Below, piece by piece: positions 8,715-16,917 of a stretch of 51,088 nt of DNA. The stretch comes from Bacillales bacterium UBA2450 (GTDB lineage: Bacteria; Bacillota_I; Bacilli_A; RFN20; CAG-826), in assembly GCA_002342545.1 (NCBI GenBank), contig DDQE01000013.1, forward strand, positions 46,891 through 97,978, given 5' to 3'. The position numbers and the translations under genes are program-made. Below the pieces are notes generated by a model. The model was not told where the DNA came from. It ran no database searches and saw only the letters and a program-made list of their open reading frames with translations. Each line of letters begins with the position of its first letter. Position 1 is the first letter of the stretch.

Positions 8715-11075
8715 ATGTTAAGTATCCGAAAAAGGGATGGTTCTTTACAAGACTTCAACCTTGAAAAGATTTCCAAAGCGATCGAAAAAGCTTTTATGGC
8801 CGATCACAAATTCTATAACGATGACATTATCAATATGTTATCTCTTAGAGTAGTTGCGCAAATGAACTCCAAAATCAATAACGATGTCATTGATATTGAA
8901 GATGTTCAAGACGCAGTCGAAGTTACTTTAATTCAAGCAGGTTACGTCGATGTCGCACGTAGTTATATTTTATATAGAAAGGCGCGCGCGAATTTAAGAG
9001 AGCAAAAACAAACCGATTTAGACTATAAGAAAACTGTTGATAACTATTTAAAGATTAATGACTGGAGAGTTAAAGAAAACTCCACTGTTACATATTCTGT
9101 AGGTGGACTTATTCTTTCTAACTCTGGTGCAGTTACTGCTAATTACTGGTTAAGTGAAGTATACGATCAAGAAATTGGTCAAGCTCATAAAAACGCGGAT
9201 ATTCATATTCATGATTTAAGCATGTTAACTGGTTATTGTGCAGGTTGGTCACTTAAACAATTAATACAAGAAGGCTTAGGTGGAGTCGTTGGAAAAATAA
9301 CCTCCGCACCAGCAAATCACTTATCAACATTATGTAACCAAATGGTCAACTTCTTAGGTATTATGCAAAACGAATGGGCTGGTGCTCAAGCCTTCTCATC
9401 TTTTGATACATATTTAGCCCCATTTGTGAAAAAGGATCACTTAACATATAAAGAAGTCAAACAATGTATTCAATCTTTCATCTATGGCGTTAATACCCCA
9501 TCTAGATGGGGTACACAAGCTCCATTCACCAACATTACTCTTGACTGGGTTGTACCAAATGATATGGCAGAACTTAACGCTATCGTAGGTGGCAAGGAAA
9601 TGGACTTCAAATATAAAGACTGTGTTGAAGAAATGGCAATGGTCAATAAAGCCTTCATCGAAGTAATGATTGAAGGTGACGCCAATGGAAGAGGATTCCA
9701 ATATCCAATCCCAACTTATTCAATTACTCGTACATTTGACTGGTCAGAAACCGAAAATAACAAATTATTATTCGAAATGACTGCTAAATACGGCACTCCA
9801 TATTTCTCAAACTACATCAATAGTGATATGGAACCAAGTGACGTCAGAAGTATGTGCTGCCGCTTAAGACTCGACTTAAGAGAATTAAGAAAGAAATCTG
9901 GTGGATTCTTCGGTTCTGGTGAATCTACTGGTTCAGTCGGTGTTGTCACTATCAATATGCCAAGAATTGCTTATTTAGCAGTTGATAAAGCTGATTTCTA
10001 TGATCGTTTAGATAAAATCATGGATATCGCTGCAAGATCACTAAAGGTCAAAAGAAACACTATTACAAAATTATTAGATGCTGGATTATATCCATATACC
10101 AAAAGATATCTTGGTACATTCAATAACCACTTCTCCACCATTGGCTTAGTTGGTATGAATGAATGTTGCTTAAATGCGAGATGGATCAGACAAGATTTAA
10201 CTCATAAAGAAGCTCAAGAATTCACTAAAGAAGTTCTTAACCATATGAGAAATAAATTATCTGATTATCAAGAATTATATGGTGACTTATATAACTTAGA
10301 AGCCACTCCAGCAGAATCTACTGCCTATCGTTTAGCTAAACACGATAAAGAAAAATATCCAGATATTATTACTGCAAGTGAAGAAGGAAGAACTCCATAT
10401 TACACTAACTCCTCTCACTTACCAGTGGGCTTCACCGATGATATTTTTACCGCTTTAGATATCCAAGATGAATTACAAACCTTATATACATCTGGTACTG
10501 TTTTCCACGCTTTCTTAGGTGAAAAACTTCCAACCTGGAAATCTTGTATGAATTTAGTAAGAAAGATTGCTGAAAACTATCACTTACCTTATTACACAAT
10601 GTCTCCAACATATTCAGTTTGTAAAGAACATGGCTATTTAGTTGGTGAACAATATGTCTGTCCAAAATGTGGTTCTAGAACTGAAGTCTATTCCCGTATT
10701 ACTGGTTACTATCGACCAATTCAAAACTGGAATGATGGTAAGAGCGAAGAATTCTTAAACAGAAAGACATATAACATCAAAACCAGCAAACTCACTCACG
10801 GAATTAAAGATGAAGTTTGTGAAGAAGAAAAGCCACAAACCCTACAGGAAACCCTCTTATTTGGTACTAAAACCTGTCCAAACTGTAAGATGGCAAAGAT
10901 GCTTTTAGAAAAAGCTGGCGTTAAATATAAATGGGTTGACGCTGAAGAAAATGTTGAATTAACCACAAAAATGGGAGTTAAAAAAGCACCTACCTTATTA
11001 GTTCCTGAAGATGGTGAAGTTAGAGTATTCGAAAATGCTTCTAACATCAAAGGATATATCGAAAGCAAAAAATAA
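8715..11075 (+). CDS. nrdD: anaerobic (class III) ribonucleoside-triphosphate reductase with C-terminal glutaredoxin/NrdH-like domain
   Basis: 786 aa. It has an N-terminal ATP-cone, the SMCCRLRLD active-site block, a CPKCGS zinc ribbon and the glycyl-radical motif SRITGYY (Gly codon 10704-10706). These are followed by a 47-aa linker and a 75-aa thioredoxin-fold tail with CPNC (10848-11072). Confidence 0.95.
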   Translation: MLSIRKRDGSLQDFNLEKISKAIEKAFMADHKFYNDDIINMLSLRVVAQMNSKINNDVIDIEDVQDAVEVTLIQAGYVDVARSYILYRKARANLREQKQTDLDYKKTVDNYLKINDWRVKENSTVTYSVGGLILSNSGAVTANYWLSEVYDQEIGQAHKNADIHIHDLSMLTGYCAGWSLKQLIQEGLGGVVGKITSAPANHLSTLCNQMVNFLGIMQNEWAGAQAFSSFDTYLAPFVKKDHLTYKEVKQCIQSFIYGVNTPSRWGTQAPFTNITLDWVVPNDMAELNAIVGGKEMDFKYKDCVEEMAMVNKAFIEVMIEGDANGRGFQYPIPTYSITRTFDWSETENNKLLFEMTAKYGTPYFSNYINSDMEPSDVRSMCCRLRLDLRELRKKSGGFFGSGESTGSVGVVTINMPRIAYLAVDKADFYDRLDKIMDIAARSLKVKRNTITKLLDAGLYPYTKRYLGTFNNHFSTIGLVGMNECCLNARWIRQDLTHKEAQEFTKEVLNHMRNKLSDYQELYGDLYNLEATPAESTAYRLAKHDKEKYPDIITASEEGRTPYYTNSSHLPVGFTDDIFTALDIQDELQTLYTSGTVFHAFLGEKLPTWKSCMNLVRKIAENYHLPYYTMSPTYSVCKEHGYLVGEQYVCPKCGSRTEVYSRITGYYRPIQNWNDGKSEEFLNRKTYNIKTSKLTHGIKDEVCEEEKPQTLQETLLFGTKTCPNCKMAKMLLEKAGVKYKWVDAEENVELTTKMGVKKAPTLLVPEDGEVRVFENASNIKGYIESKK

Positions 11076-11077
11076 TT

Positions 11078-11986
11078 ATGCATGACATTATTGTTATAGG
11101 CGGTGGCCCAGCAGGAATGACTGCTGCCTTATATGCTTTAAGAAATAATAAGTCTGTTCTCGTTTTAGAAAAAGAAGCATTTGGAGGACAAATTGCAACT
11201 TCTCCTAGACTTGAAAACTATCCAACTATTGAATCTATTTCTGGTAGTGAATGGGCGGATAGATTATTCGAGCAAATCACTAACTTAGGAGCCGAATTTG
11301 AACTAGAAGACGTGAAATCTGTCGAGAAAATCGATAATATCTTCCATGTTAAGACAAATTATGGAGAACATGAAGCTTTAGCGGTTATTATCGCTAATGG
11401 AGTAAAGCCAAGAAAGATGGGTTTACCTAATGAAGACGATTTAGTCGGTAAAGGCGTTAGCTATTGCGCTGTTTGTGATGGACCTTTCTATAAAGGGAAA
11501 GAAATCTACTTAATTGGAGATGCAAATACCGCACTTCAATATGCCTTATTATTAAGTGGATATTGTCCAAGAGTTCATATGCTCACTTTGTTTGATAAGC
11601 TATTCGGTGATCAAATTCTTATCGATAGAGTTCTTCAAACTGAAAATATTGATATTAGACATAACTTATTACTCAAAAAACTTGTAGAAAAAGATGGTGA
11701 ACTAGTCGCTATCGAATTAGAAGACACTATTTCAAAAGAAAAAGTGAAATTCGAAACTAATAACTGCTTCATTGCTATTGGCCAAGTTCCTCAAAACGAA
11801 TTCTTAAAAGATAACTTAGAATTAGACCACGGATTTATCAAAACAAACGAATCTATGGCTACTTCTATTCCAGGATTATTTGCAGCAGGAGATACCAGAG
11901 TAAAAGAAAACAAGCAAGTTATAACCGCTTGTAATGATGGTGCGATCGCTGCAATGAGTGCGGTTAAATATATCAATACCCTCTAA
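11078..11986 (+). CDS. thioredoxin-reductase-like flavoprotein lacking canonical NADPH motifs
   Basis: 302 aa with FAD motif GGGPAG and redox dithiol CAVCDG. The NADPH GGGNSA motif reads GDANTA, and HRRxxxR is absent (HMLTLFDKLFG). Confidence 0.8.
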   Translation: MHDIIVIGGGPAGMTAALYALRNNKSVLVLEKEAFGGQIATSPRLENYPTIESISGSEWADRLFEQITNLGAEFELEDVKSVEKIDNIFHVKTNYGEHEALAVIIANGVKPRKMGLPNEDDLVGKGVSYCAVCDGPFYKGKEIYLIGDANTALQYALLLSGYCPRVHMLTLFDKLFGDQILIDRVLQTENIDIRHNLLLKKLVEKDGELVAIELEDTISKEKVKFETNNCFIAIGQVPQNEFLKDNLELDHGFIKTNESMATSIPGLFAAGDTRVKENKQVITACNDGAIAAMSAVKYINTL

Positions 11987-12662
11987 GTTCTACTGTTTCA
12001 ATACTTTGAGATAAAATCTCAACAAATTTATTAGCAAGACCTTCATCAACAGCGTGGAGGTCTTTATTTATTACTCCATCAGAAACTTTAAATTGCTGTA
12101 AATATAATCTTTTACTACCTTTTAAAGTATCTTTAACTTTATTAATAACTTCTAAAGAATGATATTCATCAATTAAAGTCATTCTAAATTCATAATCCAC
12201 TATTCCTGATTTTAATAATTCGATAGATTCTTTAACATTTTCAATTAAAGCATCATTATTAGTAAATCTATGATAATCATCTAATGATGACTTGATGTCC
12301 ATGGCAATATAATCAATTAATCCTTTAGACACTAAATCTTTAATCACTTCAGGATGTGAACCATTCGTATCTAATTTAATAGAATATCCAAGTTCTTTTA
12401 TCGCCCTAATTTTTTCTTCTAAATTAGGCATTAAAGTTGGTTCTCCTCCAGAGATCACCACACCATCAAGAATACCCACTCTTTTCTTTAAAAAAGAAAG
12501 GATATCATTAAAAATAAGATCTTCATTATCATCACAGGCAATTAAAGTATTCCAGTTATGACAGTATTCGCATCTAAAATTACATTTATCGATATATAAA
12601 ATAGCGGCGATCTTACCTGGATAATCTAATAAAGATAACTTGTTGATACCTTGGAATTCCAT
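11973..12662 (-). CDS. nrdG: anaerobic RNR activating enzyme (radical SAM)
   Basis: 229 aa with CNFRCEYCHN (CX3CX2C) and GGEPTL. It converges on the TrxR-like gene with a 14-nt 3' overlap. Confidence 0.9.
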   Translation of the reverse strand: MEFQGINKLSLLDYPGKIAAILYIDKCNFRCEYCHNWNTLIACDDNEDLIFNDILSFLKKRVGILDGVVISGGEPTLMPNLEEKIRAIKELGYSIKLDTNGSHPEVIKDLVSKGLIDYIAMDIKSSLDDYHRFTNNDALIENVKESIELLKSGIVDYEFRMTLIDEYHSLEVINKVKDTLKGSKRLYLQQFKVSDGVINKDLHAVDEGLANKFVEILSQSIETVELRGY

Positions 12663-12756
12663 GAGGATAGTATATCACTTTTTATTCATTTATTTACGTG
12701 TTTCTTTGAATCACTAAATAACTTTGGTAAAATATACTGCGAACGAGGTCTATATT

Positions 12757-13233
12757 ATGAAAAAATACGACAATATATCTTGGGATGAATATTTTATGGG
12801 TATGGCGGTCTTATCTTCTTTAAGAAGTAAAGATCCAAGTACTAAAGTAGGTGCTGTTATTGTTTCTCCAGAAAACAAAGTAATTTCTATTGGATATAAC
12901 GGCATGCCTTCTAAATTAGATGAAGAAGAATTAACTTGGAATAAAGGCGAAGGATTAGACAGCAAATACTTATATGTCTGTCACGCTGAATTTAACGCTA
13001 TTTTAAATACACAAGTCGGCGGTTCTTTAAAAGATGCTAGAGTCTATGTCACATTATTCCCATGTAATGAATGTACTAAAGCTATTATTCAAACAGGAAT
13101 TAAAGAAATTATCTATCTCTCAGATAAATACGCAGATACCACAATGATTAAAGCCAGTAAAAAGATGCTTGATTTAGCAGGTATCCCTTATCGTCAATTT
13201 AGCGTAGACACTCTCGAAATTAGGAAAAAATAA
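12757..13233 (+). CDS. dCMP (deoxycytidylate) deaminase
   Basis: The zinc motifs HAEFNAI and PCNECTKAI are present. The start was moved to the ATG at 12757, which has GAGG 8 nt upstream. The track start at 12724 is a TTG with no SD. Confidence 0.85.
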   Translation: MKKYDNISWDEYFMGMAVLSSLRSKDPSTKVGAVIVSPENKVISIGYNGMPSKLDEEELTWNKGEGLDSKYLYVCHAEFNAILNTQVGGSLKDARVYVTLFPCNECTKAIIQTGIKEIIYLSDKYADTTMIKASKKMLDLAGIPYRQFSVDTLEIRKK

Positions 13234-14024
13234 TGACTATTAAAGAATATATTAAAACAAGAAAACAAGAGATCAAAAATGAAGTTTCTAAGCTCGAAAA
13301 GAAACCATTTTTAGTCGTCATTCAAGTTAATGAAGATGCAGGAAGTAATGCCTATGTTAAAGGCAAATTAAAGGACTGTGATGAACTTGGAATTAAAGCC
13401 GAACTCATCAAGCTTCCAATCGACACAAGTGAAGAAAATTTGTTAAAAATAATTGAAAATTGCAATAAAAATCCTGAAATTACAGGGTTTATTGTGCAAA
13501 TGCCTCTTCCAAAACACATCAATGAAGAAACCATCAAATTAGCAATTTCTCCAGAAAAAGATGTGGACGGATTTCACCCACTTTCTAAGCTTAATCCATG
13601 TACCCCTCAAGGTATAATTGACTACTTAAAATCAGAAGGGACAAATTTTGTTGGAAAAAACGCTTTAGTTATCGGAAGAAGTAACATTGTAGGTAAGCCA
13701 ATGGCAAAGCTCTTACTTGCGGAGCACTGCAATGTCACTGTGACCCATTCTAGAACTAAATTTGAAGACATGAATTGGTTTATTAATCACGCGGACATTA
13801 TTGTTATTGCAATTGGTAGACAACACTATTTAGATAATAAATATAATTACAAACCAGATTCAATTGTTGTGGATGTCGGAATTTCTAGAGATGAGAATGG
13901 TTTACACGGAGATGCTCTCCCTGGTTTACCAGTAAAACTACAAACACCAGTTCCAGGTGGAGTTGGTTTATTAACTAGATTATCTCTAATTGAGAATTTA
14001 CTTAAAATCTATAAAGGACTTTAA
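13233..14024 (+). CDS. folD: bifunctional methylenetetrahydrofolate dehydrogenase/cyclohydrolase
   Basis: 263 aa with YVKGKLKDCDELGI, the VDGFHP and GRSNIVGKP motifs, and PGGVG near the C-terminus. A TAATG overlap joins it to the upstream gene. Confidence 0.95.
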   Translation: MTIKEYIKTRKQEIKNEVSKLEKKPFLVVIQVNEDAGSNAYVKGKLKDCDELGIKAELIKLPIDTSEENLLKIIENCNKNPEITGFIVQMPLPKHINEETIKLAISPEKDVDGFHPLSKLNPCTPQGIIDYLKSEGTNFVGKNALVIGRSNIVGKPMAKLLLAEHCNVTVTHSRTKFEDMNWFINHADIIVIAIGRQHYLDNKYNYKPDSIVVDVGISRDENGLHGDALPGLPVKLQTPVPGGVGLLTRLSLIENLLKIYKGL

Positions 14025-14942
14025 ATGGACAAACAAAAAATCATAATCGACTGCGATCCAGGGCACGACGATGCGATCGGTCTTTTAGTTGCCTATTATT
14101 CAGATGAATTAGATTTAATTGGAGTCTCTACTTGTGCAGGTAATCAAACTATCGATAAAACAAGTAGAAACGCTAATAACTTATTAAGATTCTTTAATAG
14201 TGACATCAAAGTCGCTAAAGGGGAAACTGACCCAATTAAAAGAAAAGTTAAAACATGCCCAGAAATACATGGAGAATCGGGATTAGACGGATATGATTTC
14301 CCTTTTTATAAAGAAGAATACGATTCTAGGCCGGCCTATCAATTTATTATTGATACTGTATCAGCAAATAAAGATATTATTGTCGTCACAACAGGACCAA
14401 TGACTAATCTTGCTTTAGCGATATCTAAATGCCCTGACATAACTAAAAATATCAAAGAGATAGTCTTGATGGGTGGTTCCACTACTGAAGGCAATATCAC
14501 TCCTGAAGCAGAATTTAATATCATTGTGGATCCAGAAGCTGCGGATATCTGCTTTAAATCAGGTGTTCCAATAAGGATGCTAGGTTTAAATGTCACTCGA
14601 AAAATCTTAGTGAATAATGATGTTCTAGCTAAGGCTAGCAAAATAAACACTAAAGGTAGTGACTTATTTATAAAATTAATGAAAGTCTTTAATGAAAATC
14701 AAAGAACATTCTTTGGTTTAGAATTTGGTCCATTACATGACCCTGCTACTATTGTTTCACTAATTAATCCAAAAGCTTTTGAATTTACTCCAATGCATGT
14801 AGAAATAGATACAACTGAGACAAAATATTTAGGAAAAACAAGATGTAGCAAATCTGAGCCATTTAACTGCATTGTGGCTACAAAAGTAAACTTAGAAGAA
14901 TATTGGTCCACTATATTTGAAAGTTTAAGGAGATGTAAATAA
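14025..14942 (+). CDS. nucleoside hydrolase (IUNH family)
   Basis: 305 aa with the N-terminal signature IIDCDPGHDDA and a TTGPMTNLA block. Confidence 0.85.
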   Translation: MDKQKIIIDCDPGHDDAIGLLVAYYSDELDLIGVSTCAGNQTIDKTSRNANNLLRFFNSDIKVAKGETDPIKRKVKTCPEIHGESGLDGYDFPFYKEEYDSRPAYQFIIDTVSANKDIIVVTTGPMTNLALAISKCPDITKNIKEIVLMGGSTTEGNITPEAEFNIIVDPEAADICFKSGVPIRMLGLNVTRKILVNNDVLAKASKINTKGSDLFIKLMKVFNENQRTFFGLEFGPLHDPATIVSLINPKAFEFTPMHVEIDTTETKYLGKTRCSKSEPFNCIVATKVNLEEYWSTIFESLRRCK

Positions 14943-15823
14943 TGAAAAAGAAAATTTTAGTTATTGGAAGTATATCAATAGATAACACCATTTTTACTAA
15001 ACAGCTCCCAAGTGCTGGCACTACTACTGTTGCGGATTCTTATTTTCAAAATATTGGCGGAAAAGGCGCTAATCAAGCCTGTGCCTCACTCTTTTTAGGA
15101 GGAGATGTCTCTTTTATCGGGGCCATTGGAAAAGACCATAATGGTGACATGGTTGAAAAATTTCTAAAGGAGCAAGGCCTACACGCTAGACTAAAAAGAA
15201 GTGAAAAGCCTACGGGGATCGCTTTTATTATTTTAGAAGAAGAGACTGCAGAAAATAGAATCTTAATCATTCAAGGGGCAAACACTGATTTAACTAAAGA
15301 AGATATTGATAAGAATATAGATTTATTCAGCGAAGGAGATATCTTATTAACTCAATTTGAAAATGATATGGAAACAGTTAGTTATGTTATTAAAAAAGCA
15401 TATGAAAAACATATGTTAGTGGTTGTTAATCCTGCTCCAATAAAAGAATTAAAAGAAGAATACTATCAATATATTGATTATTTAGTGCCAAATGAGCACG
15501 AATTAGAAGCGTTAAGTCATAAAACAGATATTTTATTAGCGGCAAAGGAATTACTCTCTAGAGGGGCTAAAAACGTGATTGTTACTTTAGGAGAAAAAGG
15601 ATCTGTTTTAATTAATAAAGATGAATATATAAAAGTCGAACCGCATAAAGTTGATGCGGTTGATACGACTGCAGCAGGAGATTCCTATTTAGGAGCGTTA
15701 GTCACTAAACTTTCTGAAGGTAAGTCAATTAAAGAAGCTATGGAATTTGCCTCACTATGTAGTAGTAAAACAGTCACTAAAAAAGGAGCGATTGTTTCGC
15801 TCCCTCATTTAAATGAATTGTAA
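14942..15823 (+). CDS. rbsK: ribokinase (PfkB family)
   Basis: 293 aa with GSISIDN...GGKGANQA and DTTAAGDS. A TAATG overlap joins it to the nucleoside hydrolase. Confidence 0.85.
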   Translation: MKKKILVIGSISIDNTIFTKQLPSAGTTTVADSYFQNIGGKGANQACASLFLGGDVSFIGAIGKDHNGDMVEKFLKEQGLHARLKRSEKPTGIAFIILEEETAENRILIIQGANTDLTKEDIDKNIDLFSEGDILLTQFENDMETVSYVIKKAYEKHMLVVVNPAPIKELKEEYYQYIDYLVPNEHELEALSHKTDILLAAKELLSRGAKNVIVTLGEKGSVLINKDEYIKVEPHKVDAVDTTAAGDSYLGALVTKLSEGKSIKEAMEFASLCSSKTVTKKGAIVSLPHLNEL

Positions 15824-15825
15824 GA

Positions 15826-16290
15826 TTAATCAAGCGTTATATTTACTTTTAAATTTAATCCTTTTGCGATGCGATTAAGCATTTTAACTGTTGGATTGGC
15901 CAATCCTTTTTCAATTTTTGATAAGTCAGACTGATCAATCCCTATTTTTTTTGCTAAATCCTCTTGTGACATAAATAAAGCCAATCTGGCGTCCTTAATT
16001 TTATACCCAAGGACAGCTAAATATATCTCATCATAATCATATTCGTTTGTAACGTCGATTCCCTCTTCATAAACAGTATCTACACTTATGTCTAGTTCGT
16101 CATTCCATACAACAGTGCTCCATCCAAGCATTCTCCCTTTTTCAAATAGAGTTCTGTCCTTTAATTGATTTAGCTGAGGAAATTTATCACTCAAGGATAA
16201 AATATCGTATCGCTTAACAGTACTATCAAGAAACCAAACATCAAATAATGTTTTCTCCCTTAACACCACTTTAACTGCTTCTCTCATCAT
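15826..16290 (-). CDS. DUF2442-like domain fused to a C-terminal XRE-type HTH
   Basis: The C-terminus MSQEDLAKKIGIDQSDLSKIEKGLANPTVKMLNRIAKGL is a clear HTH_XRE. The start was moved to the ATG at 16290, 5 nt after the upstream stop. The DUF2442 call is from memory of the usual DUF4160 partner. Confidence 0.65.
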   Translation of the reverse strand: MMREAVKVVLREKTLFDVWFLDSTVKRYDILSLSDKFPQLNQLKDRTLFEKGRMLGWSTVVWNDELDISVDTVYEEGIDVTNEYDYDEIYLAVLGYKIKDARLALFMSQEDLAKKIGIDQSDLSKIEKGLANPTVKMLNRIAKGLNLKVNITLD

Positions 16291-16295
16291 AGTAA

Positions 16296-16550
16296 TTATT
16301 CTAAAGGCGGTAATTTTATATATCGCTCTGTTTCCCACATATCCATAAGTTCTTTTTGATATTTCAATATAAACTCCTTAACAAGATTTGCTCCATTTTT
16401 AGGAAATCTTCCTTTATAAATAGAGCCGTCTGAGATTAAGAAAGTTGCTTCGATACCACCATACTTCGCATGTATGTGTGGAGGACAATGTTCTTTCCTT
16501 GTTAAGTTCATCCATATCAAAATTCCATAGAACATTGATATAGCAGGCAC
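16296..16550 (-). CDS. DUF4160 family protein
   Basis: 84 aa. MPAISMFYGILIWMN...EHCPPHIHAKYGGIEA matches the DUF4160 pattern. GTG start with AGGAGG 9 nt upstream. Confidence 0.7.
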   Translation of the reverse strand: MPAISMFYGILIWMNLTRKEHCPPHIHAKYGGIEATFLISDGSIYKGRFPKNGANLVKEFILKYQKELMDMWETERYIKLPPLE

Positions 16551-16573
16551 TTTGTATACCTCCTTTCAATATA

Positions 16574-16602
16574 ATTTTATGGTATATATCCCCTATTTAC
16601 AA
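16574..16602 (-). promoter_or_regulatory. candidate promoter of the DUF4160/DUF2442 pair
   Basis: On the minus strand: TTGTAA (16602-16597), a 17-nt spacer, TAAAAT (16579-16574). A T10 tract lies just upstream (16606-16615). Confidence 0.4.
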
Positions 16603-16615
16603 GTTAAAAAAAAAA

Positions 16616-16849
16616 CTATTCAATCAGCATTAAATCATCAGTGCGGCTTAATACAAAGACATCAATAATATTAAGCAAAAGCGCCCAACCTAGTAAAAAG
16701 AATATCACGAGTCCAGCGATATTCTTTTTACTATGTAGACGAATAACTGCAAAAACTCTTACTCCTATTTCCACTAAGTAGCCGATAAAAGGAATAACGA
16801 TTAGTATTGCTTGGGATAAGAAATCTAATTTTGAGAACCACTTTTCCAT
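16616..16849 (-). CDS. small membrane protein (2-3 predicted TM helices), unknown function
   Basis: MEKWFSKLDFLSQAILIVIPFIGYLVEIG...LLGWALLLNIIDVFVL. The start was set at the ATG at 16849 because TATAAT (16867-16862) sits 12 nt upstream. The track start is TTG and lies inside that -10 box. Confidence 0.5.
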   Translation of the reverse strand: MEKWFSKLDFLSQAILIVIPFIGYLVEIGVRVFAVIRLHSKKNIAGLVIFFLLGWALLLNIIDVFVLSRTDDLMLIE

Positions 16850-16897
16850 AAGACATTTTGTATTATACAAAAATATAAAGATACAGTTAATGAAAAA

Positions 16898-16906
16898 TGT
16901 TATAAT
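16898..16906 (+). promoter_or_regulatory. extended -10 promoter (TGtTATAAT) for the nuclease-GT2 operon
   Basis: TGTTATAAT ends 11 nt before the ATG at 16918, with no SD. This predicts a very short or absent leader. Confidence 0.45.
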
Positions 16907-16917
16907 GCTACTTGTCT

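Noticed and set aside
16606-16615. An A10/T10 tract between the small membrane protein stop and the DUF4160 promoter, as a terminator or contingency locus.
   Set aside because: No hairpin precedes it, so it is not an intrinsic terminator. It may act as an UP-like AT tract, but there is nothing to test by eye.
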